Assembly: GCA_945889325.1 (NCBI GenBank)
Contig: CAMDBH010000003.1
Coordinates: 27,702-91,701, forward strand
Origin: Klebsiella pneumoniae
GTDB lineage: Bacteria > Myxococcota_A > UBA9042
Direction of reading: 5' to 3'
DNA length: 64,000 nucleotides
In this document: positions 26,248-35,646 of the stretch, one piece after another
Layout: each line of letters starts with the position of its first letter
Numbering within the stretch: the first letter of the stretch is position 1
Translations under genes and position numbers: made by a program
Notes under the pieces: model-generated
What the model was told of the DNA's origin: nothing
Databases searched by the model: none
The model's input: the letters and a program-made list of their open reading frames with translations, nothing else

Positions 26248-26403
26248 GGCCTGTCGAACAATAACTCATACATTCGGTCGCCGCTGACGGCCGATTTGTC
26301 CGTTGTCAATCGGTCAGAGATTCCAATATCTTCCCTCATTCCGCCTGCAAATCGGCTCGCCATCGACGCCCTCGGTGTCGATGACTTATTGTTAGACAGG
26401 CCC
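26248..26403 (+). mobile_element. 157-bp MITE-like / structured element, copy 2
   Basis: GGCCTGTCGAACAATAACTCAT...ATGACTTATTGTTAGACAGGCCC. It is flanked by TAA on both sides (26244-26246, the stop codon of the upstream gene, and 26404-26406). The interior is identical to the reverse complement of copy 1. Confidence 0.75.
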
Positions 26404-26424
26404 TAATTTGAAGACCGGTTCCAA

Positions 26425-27000
26425 TCACGCATGAATCCGCGCAATCGGCGCTAGATTCTCCAAAATCGTGCATTCCGCCAGCGCCAGTTCATCCAGCCGC
26501 GCGCGCACGGCCGCCGGATCGGCCAGCGTGTGGGCCAAGCGCACAAAAACACCGTAATGCCGCGCTTCACTTTCCAGCAAATCGCGATAAAGCGCGCGCA
26601 GTTCCTCATCGGGATGCCGTTGGGACAGCAGGACAAAGCGTTCACACGATCGGGCTTCGATCAGCGCCGCCACCAGCAAGGTGTCGATGATTTTGTCCGG
26701 CAGCCCTTTGCGCAAAAGCTTAAACAAACCAAATTGATAGCCTGATGGACTTTGGCGCGACACGGCAATGCCGCGGGCATCCAGCAAAGCGATCACCTGC
26801 TCAAAATGGTCCATTTCTTCGCGGGCGAGCGCCAGCATGGGCGCGATGAACTGCGGCTGTTCCGGGTATTTAGCCAGCAAATTCAGGGCATTGGCCGCGG
26901 CCTTGCGTTCGCAATGGGCATGGTCGACCAAAATTTCCGCGGTGTTGGCGATTGCTCGCTGTAACCACACAGATTCGGTACGAGATTTTAGACAAAGCAT
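26425..27000 (-). CDS. miaE: tRNA-(ms2io6A37)-hydroxylase MiaE
   Basis: ILVDHAHCERKAAANALNLL plus EEMDHFEQV and ESEARHYGVF form a di-iron ferritin-like motif set typical of MiaE. Confidence 0.8.
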   Translation of the reverse strand: MLCLKSRTESVWLQRAIANTAEILVDHAHCERKAAANALNLLAKYPEQPQFIAPMLALAREEMDHFEQVIALLDARGIAVSRQSPSGYQFGLFKLLRKGLPDKIIDTLLVAALIEARSCERFVLLSQRHPDEELRALYRDLLESEARHYGVFVRLAHTLADPAAVRARLDELALAECTILENLAPIARIHA

Positions 27001-27075
27001 GGCAGGCTCGGGCGATGCGTAGGCGCGGCGCGGTGCTTAGCGTACCATCGTCAGCGCAGTTTGCGGAGGCAGGAG

Positions 27076-27714
27076 ATGAGTCAGCGGAAAAATGGCCAAT
27101 TGTTGCAGATTATCCTGAGTTTAGGGCTGATTTTGGCAATGGCGTCGGCAGCAGGGGCCAAGCCGAAAGCCGGCAAAGAACCGGTGGCGGCCAAGCCCCC
27201 AGAAACTGCTCCGGAAAAAGGCAGTTACCGCGGTCCGGGCGCGTTGGGCCAATTGATTGCGGCGCTGGACAAAGCGCGGGCGCTGTCGCGCAAGGCCAAT
27301 GAAGATCCGGATTTAACAGCCAAATTTCTCGATGCCATCGCGCGGACTTCGCTGGTAACGGCGATTCACGGCCATTATGCATTTGCGGGTTTGGGCCAAG
27401 CGATGCGCACGGGCGGCATGCCCGCCGCGGATGTACGCGCGTATGCCAGCGATATGCAACAGAATTATCGTGGGATGGCCGAAAGTTACGCCGATCTGGC
27501 TAAGGTCAAGGCGTTCGATCAGACGCTGAAGGACATTTTTGCGTCGCTGCAACTGCTTTGCGAATATGCGGATAAGGCGGCGGCGGGGCTAGTGAATTGG
27601 AGCGACAAGGCCGATGACCCGCCACGTGCGGCCGCGTTTGAGGCGGCGTTGGAGGCCTATCGCGGGCGGGTGAAGTCGTTGGTTTTGACGGTGAGCGGGG
27701 GCGATGGGAAGTAG
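27076..27714 (+). CDS. Hypothetical secreted protein
   Basis: ATG at 27076 with GGAGG 6 nt upstream. Signal peptide MSQRKNGQLLQIILSLGLILAMASAAGA. No recognisable domain. Confidence 0.55.
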   Translation: MSQRKNGQLLQIILSLGLILAMASAAGAKPKAGKEPVAAKPPETAPEKGSYRGPGALGQLIAALDKARALSRKANEDPDLTAKFLDAIARTSLVTAIHGHYAFAGLGQAMRTGGMPAADVRAYASDMQQNYRGMAESYADLAKVKAFDQTLKDIFASLQLLCEYADKAAAGLVNWSDKADDPPRAAAFEAALEAYRGRVKSLVLTVSGGDGK

Positions 27715-27716
27715 GG

Positions 27717-29324
27717 TTACTTCTTCCGATTCTTCTTCCGAGCTTGCGCCGCCATCTTGTTCTTATTCTTGCGGTGATCCCGATCAAAGCCCGCCTTGGC
27801 CGACGGCGGCAAATTGCCCTTCGGCGCAAAGGGGTTACCGCCCATACCGCCAAAACCGCCCATACCCGGCATCCCCGGCATCCCACCGGGCCCAGCGCCA
27901 CCACCGGCTTGATCCAAACTGTCAAAGAACTGATCCACATTCATATTTTTCATCTTGGCCATCTGGCCCATCTGACCAAAGCCCGGCAGCCGCGACAGCA
28001 GGCCCGGCGCTTGACCGATGCGCTGCATCATCTGCCGCATGACGTCATAGCGTTGCAACAAATCCTGCACATCCGCGTTCTTGCGCCCTGAACCTTTGGC
28101 AATCCGCTGTACCCGCCGCGCGTTGATAATCGCCGGATGCCGCCTTTCCTTGGGCGTCATGGACTGGATCATCGCTTCGATCTTGAACAATTCCTTGTCG
28201 TCAAACTTCACACCGTCGGCCATCGCATCGCCAAAGAACGGCAGCTTTTCCATCACATCGCGCAAACTGCCCATCTTCTTGAGCATTTTGATCTGCGTCA
28301 AAAAGTCTTCCAGCGTGAATTTGCCGCTGAGCATCTTCTTTGCGTCGGCTTCGGCCTGTTTTTCATCGATGACTTTTTCAAAATCGGTCATCAAGCCGAT
28401 GATATCGCCCATGCCCAAAATGCGGCTGGCCATGCCTTCAGCGCGAAAAGGCTCTAATTTATCCAGCCCTTCGCCCATACCGACGTACTTGATCGCCGCG
28501 CCCGTCACGACCTTGACGCTCAACGCCGCACCGCCGCGGGCATCGCCGTCCAATTTGGTCAAAATCACGCCGTCAATGCCGATTTTGTCGTGAAATGCTT
28601 TGGCCGTGGTCACCGAGTCCTGGCCGATCATCGCGTCAATGACCAGCAGCGTATTGTCCGGCGGCGAACGGCGGCGGATCTCAGCCAATTCATTCATCAA
28701 TTGGTTGTCGATGGTCAGACGGCCCGCGGTATCAAAAATCACCACATCGCAGCCGAGTTTGTGCGCTTCTTTGACGCCACCTTCACACAAATCAGGCGGT
28801 TGCTGCCCCGGCACGCTGTAAACCGGCACGCCCAGACGCTGCCCCAAAACTTTAAGCTGTTCGATCGCCGCCGGACGGTAAATATCCGCCGCCACCAGCA
28901 GCGGCTTCTTGCCCTGAGATTGCAGCAATTTCGCGAGCTTACCCGCAGAAGTCGTCTTGCCCGACCCCTGCAGACCGACCATCATGATTTTGGTCAGGCC
29001 TTTGTTCTTGAGATCGAGCCCGGGCTCTCCCGATTCCATCAAGGCCACGAGTTGGTCGTGACAAATCTTGATAAAATGGTCCTGCGGCGTCACTTGCAGC
29101 TTGCGACCCTGGGCGTCGGTGGTCTTGAGTTGCACCACTTCGCCAAGCGCCTTTTGCTTCACATCGGCCAAAAACTGTTTGACTACGCCAAATTCAACGT
29201 CGGCTTCAAGTAGCGACGCGCGGATATCCTGCAGTACTTCATCCAACGTGTCTGCGTCCAGTTCGCGATACCCCGCAAGGCGGTGGCGAGCACTGCGAAA
29301 TCCTTTGGTAATTGTCTCAAGCAT
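27717..29324 (-). CDS. ffh: Signal recognition particle protein Ffh, with an extended Gly/Met-rich and basic C-terminal tail
   Basis: MLETITKGFRSARHRLAG is the N domain. GLQGSGKTTSAGKLA is the P-loop, followed by DTAGR and TKLDGDARGG. The M domain is present and the tail reads ...GGMPGMPGMGGFGGMGG...RKNKNKMAAQARKKNRKK. GAGGA RBS. Confidence 0.95.
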   Translation of the reverse strand: MLETITKGFRSARHRLAGYRELDADTLDEVLQDIRASLLEADVEFGVVKQFLADVKQKALGEVVQLKTTDAQGRKLQVTPQDHFIKICHDQLVALMESGEPGLDLKNKGLTKIMMVGLQGSGKTTSAGKLAKLLQSQGKKPLLVAADIYRPAAIEQLKVLGQRLGVPVYSVPGQQPPDLCEGGVKEAHKLGCDVVIFDTAGRLTIDNQLMNELAEIRRRSPPDNTLLVIDAMIGQDSVTTAKAFHDKIGIDGVILTKLDGDARGGAALSVKVVTGAAIKYVGMGEGLDKLEPFRAEGMASRILGMGDIIGLMTDFEKVIDEKQAEADAKKMLSGKFTLEDFLTQIKMLKKMGSLRDVMEKLPFFGDAMADGVKFDDKELFKIEAMIQSMTPKERRHPAIINARRVQRIAKGSGRKNADVQDLLQRYDVMRQMMQRIGQAPGLLSRLPGFGQMGQMAKMKNMNVDQFFDSLDQAGGGAGPGGMPGMPGMGGFGGMGGNPFAPKGNLPPSAKAGFDRDHRKNKNKMAAQARKKNRKK

Positions 29325-29551
29325 CGGTCATTCCTCGGCGGCAACGGGCGGTAACTGGTTTGGCGAGCGGTGCGCCAAGGGGCGATAGGTTAAGGCGGCA
29401 GCGCTGAGTTTTCAAGCGCATAAGGCGCAACGCTTGACCTAGGCGGCGTTCTAGCGTGAAATTCTGCCGCGTTTGTTGCGGCGCGTTGCGGAAGTTCGCT
29501 CAGTGCCACAAAGAATTACCTTGCCGTACATGCAGTTGCAGGAGAACCCCA

Positions 29552-31159
29552 ATGTCTGAACCGGTCGCGTTGCTAGTAGGCGGCACCAAAGTCCTTGAGC
29601 GTGCGCTGCAAATGGCGATTCCCGCCAACGTGGTGATTGTCGGCACGATGGAAGAAGCCATGCGGGTGACGACCGAAAAGCCCGTAGTTTTGACGGTTTT
29701 GGGTCCGACGCTGCGCCGAGCGTTGGCGATGGTCGCCACCCTGCGGCGCGAGGGGCAGGTCGAGCCACGGCTGATCGTGGTGTACCGCGATGACCAAAAA
29801 GACGAAGTCAAGCGGCATCAGCGCGGTAAAGTGGTTGCCGATCGCTATGTTGTGCAGTCGCGCATTGGCAAGGAATTTGGTCCGGCGGCCGCTGAACTGT
29901 GGGCAGAAGCAACCGGCGTTCAGGTGCCGCCGCCGGTCCATGGCGAAGAACTGCCCGATATTACAGGCACCACCTTGCGCAACGTATCCGATATCCACAC
30001 CACGCATACGCGGATGATGGATGTGATCGCGGTGGGCGATGACGACGTGCTGGAAATGGACGTGATAGAGACCGATGAACTGCAATTGGAAGAGCTGCAA
30101 GCTGATGAATTACTTGAGGATGATTTGGTGGCCGACGATCTGATCGAGGAAATGGAAGAGTTGGAGGAACTCGAGGAACTGGAAGAATTGCCGGAATCGC
30201 CACCTCTAACCCCAGCCGCCGCCGTTGCCATTGTTGCAGCACAGGCCGATGAAGTACTTGAAGAATTTGACGCGGACGCCTTTGAAGAAATGGATCAAGA
30301 GGAAGAGACAGCCGCGCTGGCAACCGGCGGTCTAGTCGAAGAAACGCTGGAGGAATTGGCCGCTGAAGAATTGGTCGAAGAATTGGACGTCGAAATCGAA
30401 GAAGAGCTAGATAGTATTGAATTGATTGAGGAATTGGAAGAAGACGACGGCGAACTTGAACTGCTCGAAATCGATGCGATCGCGGCCGAGCCGGTTGCAG
30501 TAGATGACACCGTGCTTGTTGAAATCGATGATGAGATAGATGCCATTGAAATCGAAGCGGAAGAGCTCGATGCCGTCGCCTCGGAAGCGGTTGCTTCGGG
30601 CTCAGAAAGTGTTGAAGTTCTGGAACAAATCGTTGAAACTGTTGAAGATCCTGTGGATGAAACTGTCACTGCGCCGATCGCCGCAGCTAGCGCGGCCAAA
30701 GCGGCCACCGAAGCTGCAGCCATTGCCGCCACGCCGTCGCGACCTGCCAGCGGTGTCTTTAATGAACTGGCTGGATTTATGGGTAAATTGCAAGAAGCAC
30801 TGGGTGAAAATGCGCTGCTGGACGCCGAAAACACAAAGCTGCGCGAAAAGTTACAACACGCGCAGTCAGCGGTACGACCCGAACGCGAAGCTGAACTCAA
30901 TGCGCTGCGCGCAACGCTCGCCGACGTGCGCTTGCGCTTGGAAGGCGCCGAACAAGCGCGGGCAGCAGCCGTGGACGCGCGTATGCTCGCCGAACAGGTA
31001 GCGCAAAGCTGCAGCAGCGAACTGCAGAAAATCGCGACGGAACTGGCTTCAGCTACGGCAAGGGAATCGGCGTTGGAAGCGCAACTGGAGAACCAGCGCA
31101 AAATCGCCGCCAGCGCCGCGCGCGAATTGCAGCATTGGGCCGATACGCTCAAGGGCTAA
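29552..31159 (+). CDS. Hypothetical protein with receiver-like N-terminal fold, long polyacidic region and C-terminal coiled coil
   Basis: ATG at 29552 after GGAG. The N-terminus MSEPVALLVGGTKVLERALQ...VVIVGTMEEAMRV...VVLTVLGPTL has a beta-alpha pattern. About 250 aa are E/D/L-rich (EEMEELEELEELEEL). The C-terminal region is heptad-like and A/E/L/R/Q-rich. Confidence 0.6.
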   Translation: MSEPVALLVGGTKVLERALQMAIPANVVIVGTMEEAMRVTTEKPVVLTVLGPTLRRALAMVATLRREGQVEPRLIVVYRDDQKDEVKRHQRGKVVADRYVVQSRIGKEFGPAAAELWAEATGVQVPPPVHGEELPDITGTTLRNVSDIHTTHTRMMDVIAVGDDDVLEMDVIETDELQLEELQADELLEDDLVADDLIEEMEELEELEELEELPESPPLTPAAAVAIVAAQADEVLEEFDADAFEEMDQEEETAALATGGLVEETLEELAAEELVEELDVEIEEELDSIELIEELEEDDGELELLEIDAIAAEPVAVDDTVLVEIDDEIDAIEIEAEELDAVASEAVASGSESVEVLEQIVETVEDPVDETVTAPIAAASAAKAATEAAAIAATPSRPASGVFNELAGFMGKLQEALGENALLDAENTKLREKLQHAQSAVRPEREAELNALRATLADVRLRLEGAEQARAAAVDARMLAEQVAQSCSSELQKIATELASATARESALEAQLENQRKIAASAARELQHWADTLKG

Positions 31160-31169
31160 ATTTTGACCA

Positions 31170-32189
31170 CTATTTGACGTAACTGCTGCACTGGCCGCTG
31201 TCGCATTTGGCCGCCAGCGTGCCGCTGTCGATCGCCTTGCCGTCCTCGGCCGCGGTGGGCTGGGCCATGCAATCGCAGGCGGCGGGAATTTTACAAGCAA
31301 TTTCAGCGATATCGTAGTTGTCTTTGGCGGCTTTGTGGATGCCGTAGACGACTTCTGTGCCGCAACAATCCTTCTGATGCGTCACCGTGGCGCAATCGCT
31401 GTCGATTTGGCAATACTTGAACAGTTTGGGAAAGCCAGGCTCGCCGATTTTGCAGTCGATTTTTGCCGCTTTGACGTAACTTTGGCACAAGCCGGCCGTG
31501 CATTTGGCGCCGAAAATGTCGTCGGCGCCAAAGGCGCTAAAGCCGTCTTGGGCCAAGGTGGCAAACGAGGCACAGCCGCAGCCGGGATACTGGCCTTGGC
31601 AAGTGGCTTCGGCGGCTGCAAATTTGTCCTTGGCGCAGACGTTGATGCCCAGCGCCACGTTGGTGCCGCAGCAATTGATCTGGTGCTGGGCCACCGCGCA
31701 GTCGCTGTCGACTTTGCAAGTGTCTGACCATACAGGGAAACTGTTGGCACCGCCCATCGCGCAGTTGACACTGCCGCTGCCGCTGCAACTGCCGCTTGGC
31801 CCGCTGTCGTTGGCGGAATCGACTTTGGCCATATCGCTGCCGCCAGCGTCTTTGCTCACATCCGATCCACCAGAATCATTGGCAACGATGTCGCTTAGGC
31901 CGATGTCGTTGGCGGCGCTGTCGCTGGTTGCGCCGTCGTTGCCGACGTCCAACTTGGCCGCGTCCGCTTGGCCGCCGTCGTTCGGCAGGCTGTCCGTGGG
32001 GGGCGCGTCTGCAGGCCCTGCATCGTTGGCGGCCGCATCAGCCGCTGCGTCGGGTGCGTCAGCAGCAGCCGTTTCGACGGCGGCGTCTTTGGCCGCTGCG
32101 CTGTCACTGGCCGTGCCGCCACCGCCATTGGCCGTCGCACCGCAGGCCACCAGACCGAGAAACATCCATGCGATTGCGCAGCGAAACAT
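31170..32189 (-). CDS. Lipoprotein with D/A/S-rich tether and two tandem copies of a Cys-rich domain
   Basis: The internal ATG at 32189 (GGAGG RBS) gives MFRCAIAWMFLGLVACGAT. The duplicated module is C(K/Q)xDSDCAxxxHQxxCCGTxVxxGIxxxAKDx(F/Y)xxAExxC...C(G/D)CxxxxT.A(Q/E)DG...KC..G.C.SYVK. Confidence 0.7.
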   Translation of the reverse strand: MFRCAIAWMFLGLVACGATANGGGGTASDSAAAKDAAVETAAADAPDAAADAAANDAGPADAPPTDSLPNDGGQADAAKLDVGNDGATSDSAANDIGLSDIVANDSGGSDVSKDAGGSDMAKVDSANDSGPSGSCSGSGSVNCAMGGANSFPVWSDTCKVDSDCAVAQHQINCCGTNVALGINVCAKDKFAAAEATCQGQYPGCGCASFATLAQDGFSAFGADDIFGAKCTAGLCQSYVKAAKIDCKIGEPGFPKLFKYCQIDSDCATVTHQKDCCGTEVVYGIHKAAKDNYDIAEIACKIPAACDCMAQPTAAEDGKAIDSGTLAAKCDSGQCSSYVK

Positions 32190-32334
32190 GCCAAACCTCC
32201 AGCCACAGAATAGTCGTTTTGCATGGCCGCGCAACCAGCCGATAAATTGCACGGCAATCCTTGCGTTTCTCGGCGGCAATTGCAAGTATAGTTGCGGGGC
32301 TGCGGGTTTTTTCTGCGGCTGAAAACGCTGTACG

Positions 32335-33846
32335 ATGCAATGGCAGTTGGCAAAATGCGGGAAAGTTTTGCGCTTGGGCGCGGCGGCATTGCTTGCAGGG
32401 CTTTGCACCGCTGCGTGCGGCACAGGCAACCCTGCCACAGCGGACGCACAAGCCGCCGATCAGATCGCTGATATGGCAGATGTGTCTGACAATCTTGCAC
32501 AAGATGCTGTGACTGATGCGGCAGCGACTGAAATCGCCGATGCGATTTTGGAGGGCAGTGAAGCGGTGGTTGACGCCGCCGACTTCCAGGATACAATCGA
32601 AAAAGACGCGCCTGATTCCGTAGTTGTCGACATTTCGCTGCCGGCCGACGCCATCGACGCGGGGCTCGACAGTCTCGCGGATGTCGCCGCAGCGTTGGAT
32701 GCCAGCGCCACTGCCGATGTGCCTGATATCGCTAATTTTGCTGAAATTTCTGCCGATGCGGATGCTGTAGGTGCGCCCGATGTGGCCATTTGGCCCGATG
32801 TCGCAACCGACGTGAAATACGACAATGACGCTTATCCACTTGGATTTGTTTCACTTATCACGGGGAAAAATGCGGTGATTGAACTGGGCAAGATGAACGT
32901 CGCCGCGACCATTGGTGCTGGCGGAGAGCCCTTTCACGGCTGTGGCGTCCTGCCCGGACAGAAAACCGTTTACTTACCTGGCAATGCGGCGTTGGATCGC
33001 TACGATCAGGGCAGCAGCGCCAAGAATTGGCAGTTCATCAAAAGCATTAAATCCCCAGTCCATCCAGGCCAAGTGCGCGGGGCTCTGAACGGCAGCGTGA
33101 TCGGCATTGTCGATGGCTTTATGGTGCTGGATCAGAGCGGCATTGACTTCAAATCGGGCAATTTGCCGCCGGGATCAAAGAATTTGGCGATTTTTTATCC
33201 GCAAACGGAGACTTTTGCCAAAATTGTCGTGGTCACTTCGCCGTCGACGATTGCCGTGAGCGCAGACGGCGCGACAATTTACGCGGCCAACTGGATCGAA
33301 CACACCGTGTCGGTGGTCGAAACAAAAACCGCACAGGTGGTGGACACTTGGGAAATCCCTGCCAACCCCGCAGTGCCCAAATGGATCGGCCCTTCGGACG
33401 TCAAGGTGTCGCACAACGGCCTGTGGGTCGCAACGGCGAATTTGACCGGATCCAGCGTGACCATTTTCGACGTCAATGCCACGCTCGCCCCGCCACAAGT
33501 GGCTGTGTTTGAAAAGAAATTGGTGCACTGGGTCGATTTTTCGGCCGACGATTCGCGGGTCGTCGTGGTGCTGTGGCAAGACGTGCCCATGTTGGGCATG
33601 GAAATGAAGAACAAAGATATCGTCAATGAAATTCAAATTCTCGATCGACCGACCTTGCAAAAAATTGGCACGATCAAGCTGGCTGGCCAATTGATCGCCC
33701 ACGCCACCGTGCCGCCGGGATCAAAGTTTTTGTACGCCATGGGCTCAAACAGTCTGGTTTCGCAGTTTAATTTGGACACTTTGGCGCTGACTGGCCAGAC
33801 GCCCGGGCTGCTCGGGCCCGAGCCGGCGATGGTGATGCAATTTTGA
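32335..33846 (+). CDS. Lipoprotein with D/A-rich tether and YVTN/YncE-like beta-propeller region
   Basis: Signal peptide and lipobox LLAGLCTAACG. Long acidic spacer (ADVSDNLAQDAVTDAAATEIADA...). Repeats of the type ATIYAANWIEHTVSVVETKTAQVVDTWEIP. The start codon is not well supported by an RBS. Confidence 0.65.
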   Translation: MQWQLAKCGKVLRLGAAALLAGLCTAACGTGNPATADAQAADQIADMADVSDNLAQDAVTDAAATEIADAILEGSEAVVDAADFQDTIEKDAPDSVVVDISLPADAIDAGLDSLADVAAALDASATADVPDIANFAEISADADAVGAPDVAIWPDVATDVKYDNDAYPLGFVSLITGKNAVIELGKMNVAATIGAGGEPFHGCGVLPGQKTVYLPGNAALDRYDQGSSAKNWQFIKSIKSPVHPGQVRGALNGSVIGIVDGFMVLDQSGIDFKSGNLPPGSKNLAIFYPQTETFAKIVVVTSPSTIAVSADGATIYAANWIEHTVSVVETKTAQVVDTWEIPANPAVPKWIGPSDVKVSHNGLWVATANLTGSSVTIFDVNATLAPPQVAVFEKKLVHWVDFSADDSRVVVVLWQDVPMLGMEMKNKDIVNEIQILDRPTLQKIGTIKLAGQLIAHATVPPGSKFLYAMGSNSLVSQFNLDTLALTGQTPGLLGPEPAMVMQF

Positions 33847-34637
33847 TAAATCACCGATTTATAGCGGATTTTGCGCAGGTCACCTCCGCGACACTTGCGC
33901 TGGCTTGCATGCCCGCGTGCGGTGTGCCCGTTACCGCTGCGACCGACGCAGATGCGGCCGTGCAAAGCGACGCAATCGATGCAGGCATCGGAGATACAAC
34001 ACAACCGTTGGCCGATGTGCCCGCTGGCGACGGCCAAGTCGACTCCGCTGGTATAAAAGATGCTGCGGCCAATGCCGCTGATATTCCACCGGGTTCGTCG
34101 TCGCTTGCCTGCCCGGGTTATGCCGCCGTCAATGTCATCGGCGTGGGCAAGCCGTGTCAAACCAATGACGATTGCCAAGGGCAATTGGCGGTCACTTGTC
34201 CGCATTCCAACGACGCCAAAGCGTTCGACTTTTGCACGCGCTATTGCTTTGGACTGGACGCGCAGGAATGTGGGCCCAACGCGCGCTGCATCGCTCAAGG
34301 CGAAAAAACGTCCGTTTGCGCGCCCTTGCCTTGCGCCGACGCCCTTGAAATCAAGCCACCGCCCGACGTCAAAGCCAAGATCCCGTGCCCGGACGCCGTC
34401 GCCAACAGTTTTGGCGTCGGCAAACCCTGCAAAACAAAAGACGATTGCGCTGGCAACACGGTGGCCAAAGTGTGTCCGCTCGCGATCAAGCCGACCAACC
34501 CCGCCTGGTGTTCGCTTTTGTGCACCGACGATAGCGATTGCGGTCCGGACGCTTTTTGCTGGAAGCGCCACGCGGTGGAAGAAGGCGGATTGCTCATCGC
34601 CTCTTGCGCGCCAAAGATTTGCATTATCAAGGAGTAG
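33843..34637 (+). CDS. Cys-rich lipoprotein with two copies of a GVGKPC(Q/K)T(N/K)DDC module
   Basis: The TTG start overlaps the stop of the upstream gene. LALACMPACG is lipobox-like and a D/A-rich tether follows. The duplicated module is CPxxxAxNxxGVGKPCxTxDDCxGxxxxxCP...C...C..D.(E/D)CGP(N/D)A.C. Confidence 0.6.
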   Translation: MINHRFIADFAQVTSATLALACMPACGVPVTAATDADAAVQSDAIDAGIGDTTQPLADVPAGDGQVDSAGIKDAAANAADIPPGSSSLACPGYAAVNVIGVGKPCQTNDDCQGQLAVTCPHSNDAKAFDFCTRYCFGLDAQECGPNARCIAQGEKTSVCAPLPCADALEIKPPPDVKAKIPCPDAVANSFGVGKPCKTKDDCAGNTVAKVCPLAIKPTNPAWCSLLCTDDSDCGPDAFCWKRHAVEEGGLLIASCAPKICIIKE

Positions 34638-34653
34638 ACGCGACTTTTGCTGG

Positions 34654-35451
34654 CTAGAAATGATAGCCCAAGCGCGCCATGCCGTAGCCGCCGACTTCCA
34701 GCGCTGATCCGTGCTGCAACTGAATGGCGCCCGCGCCCGCCAAGCCGCTCAAAAGAAATTTTCCCAAGCGGTATTGCACAGATGGACCGACAATGTGCTC
34801 TTGCACGCCCGTCTTCTCGATCCTGCTGCCCAAGGACGCCCTCGACTGATATTCGCCGCCGATTATGAAATCATTGCTAATATGGTACCCGCCGCCGAGG
34901 TGCGCTTCGACGTCCTGTTCGCGCCCATCTGCATCGCCTCCCGCAGTCAAATTGAGCAGAAGTTCGCTGCGGCCTCTGCGGAAGGCGCCCAAAAGGTGCA
35001 CTTCTACTTCACCTTCAGAGGTATTAAAACCTTCGGGTCGATACAAACCCATGATAGCACCGCTGAATTTGGACTTGGCGTCGCCGAGAAATTGCCACTT
35101 CAATCCCACCCCGGGGCGATAGCTGTCGGGGCGAATCGCAGAACCGAACGCGCTCAATTCTGCCGTTAAACCATAGCCCAAGCCCAACCGGCCAGTGACA
35201 CCCGGCGTCGCTGAAAAGCCGCCGGGCGCGCCAGAGCCCAAACTGGCCGTCGCGTCGCCTTCCCACTGATTCAAGCCGCTCGCTCTTCGAGTCAGATTCA
35301 TGTCAGATTGGCGAATCCAGTCTTCGTGCTTCTCGACAGGTTGTTCGGCGACAACACCCGGTGTTGGATCAAAACTGACGTCGGCGAACGAGTTCGCGGG
35401 ATATAGCAGCGAAATTACAAGAATCCATGGCCTGAAACTGCATCTACCCAT
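34654..35451 (-). CDS. Outer-membrane beta-barrel protein (hypothetical)
   Basis: Signal peptide MGRCSFRPWILVISLLYPANSFA. Alternating hydrophobic beta-strand pattern. The C-terminal ...GYGMARLGYHF ends in an aromatic residue, which is typical of OMPs. The start is taken at ATG 35451 rather than TTG 35469. Confidence 0.55.
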   Translation of the reverse strand: MGRCSFRPWILVISLLYPANSFADVSFDPTPGVVAEQPVEKHEDWIRQSDMNLTRRASGLNQWEGDATASLGSGAPGGFSATPGVTGRLGLGYGLTAELSAFGSAIRPDSYRPGVGLKWQFLGDAKSKFSGAIMGLYRPEGFNTSEGEVEVHLLGAFRRGRSELLLNLTAGGDADGREQDVEAHLGGGYHISNDFIIGGEYQSRASLGSRIEKTGVQEHIVGPSVQYRLGKFLLSGLAGAGAIQLQHGSALEVGGYGMARLGYHF

Positions 35452-35646
35452 CGCCGACCCCACTGACAACGGACACCGCTGTCGTCAGAAGTTTGTCATA
35501 ATCTCCGCCGGCGATCAAGCAAAAAGTTGCGGTCAAATGCCGTTGCGGTTTTTTTGTTGCAAGCCGTCGCGGAGATCGGGTCGACTTCAGCGGGCATTTC
35601 GCGCCACAATGCTGCGCGCCCGCGACCGGGCGAAGTTGGAGCGCGG

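Noticed and set aside
30295-31152. 285-aa Ser-rich minus ORF, and similar antisense low-complexity ORFs at 50706..51314 and 50834..51547.
   Set aside because: They mirror poly-E/D and A/K/Q repeat coding regions on the + strand and have no start context.
33633-34571. 312-aa minus-strand ORF spanning two + strand lipoprotein genes.
   Set aside because: It crosses a gene boundary and lacks motifs, while the + strand genes have lipoboxes and duplicated Cys modules.
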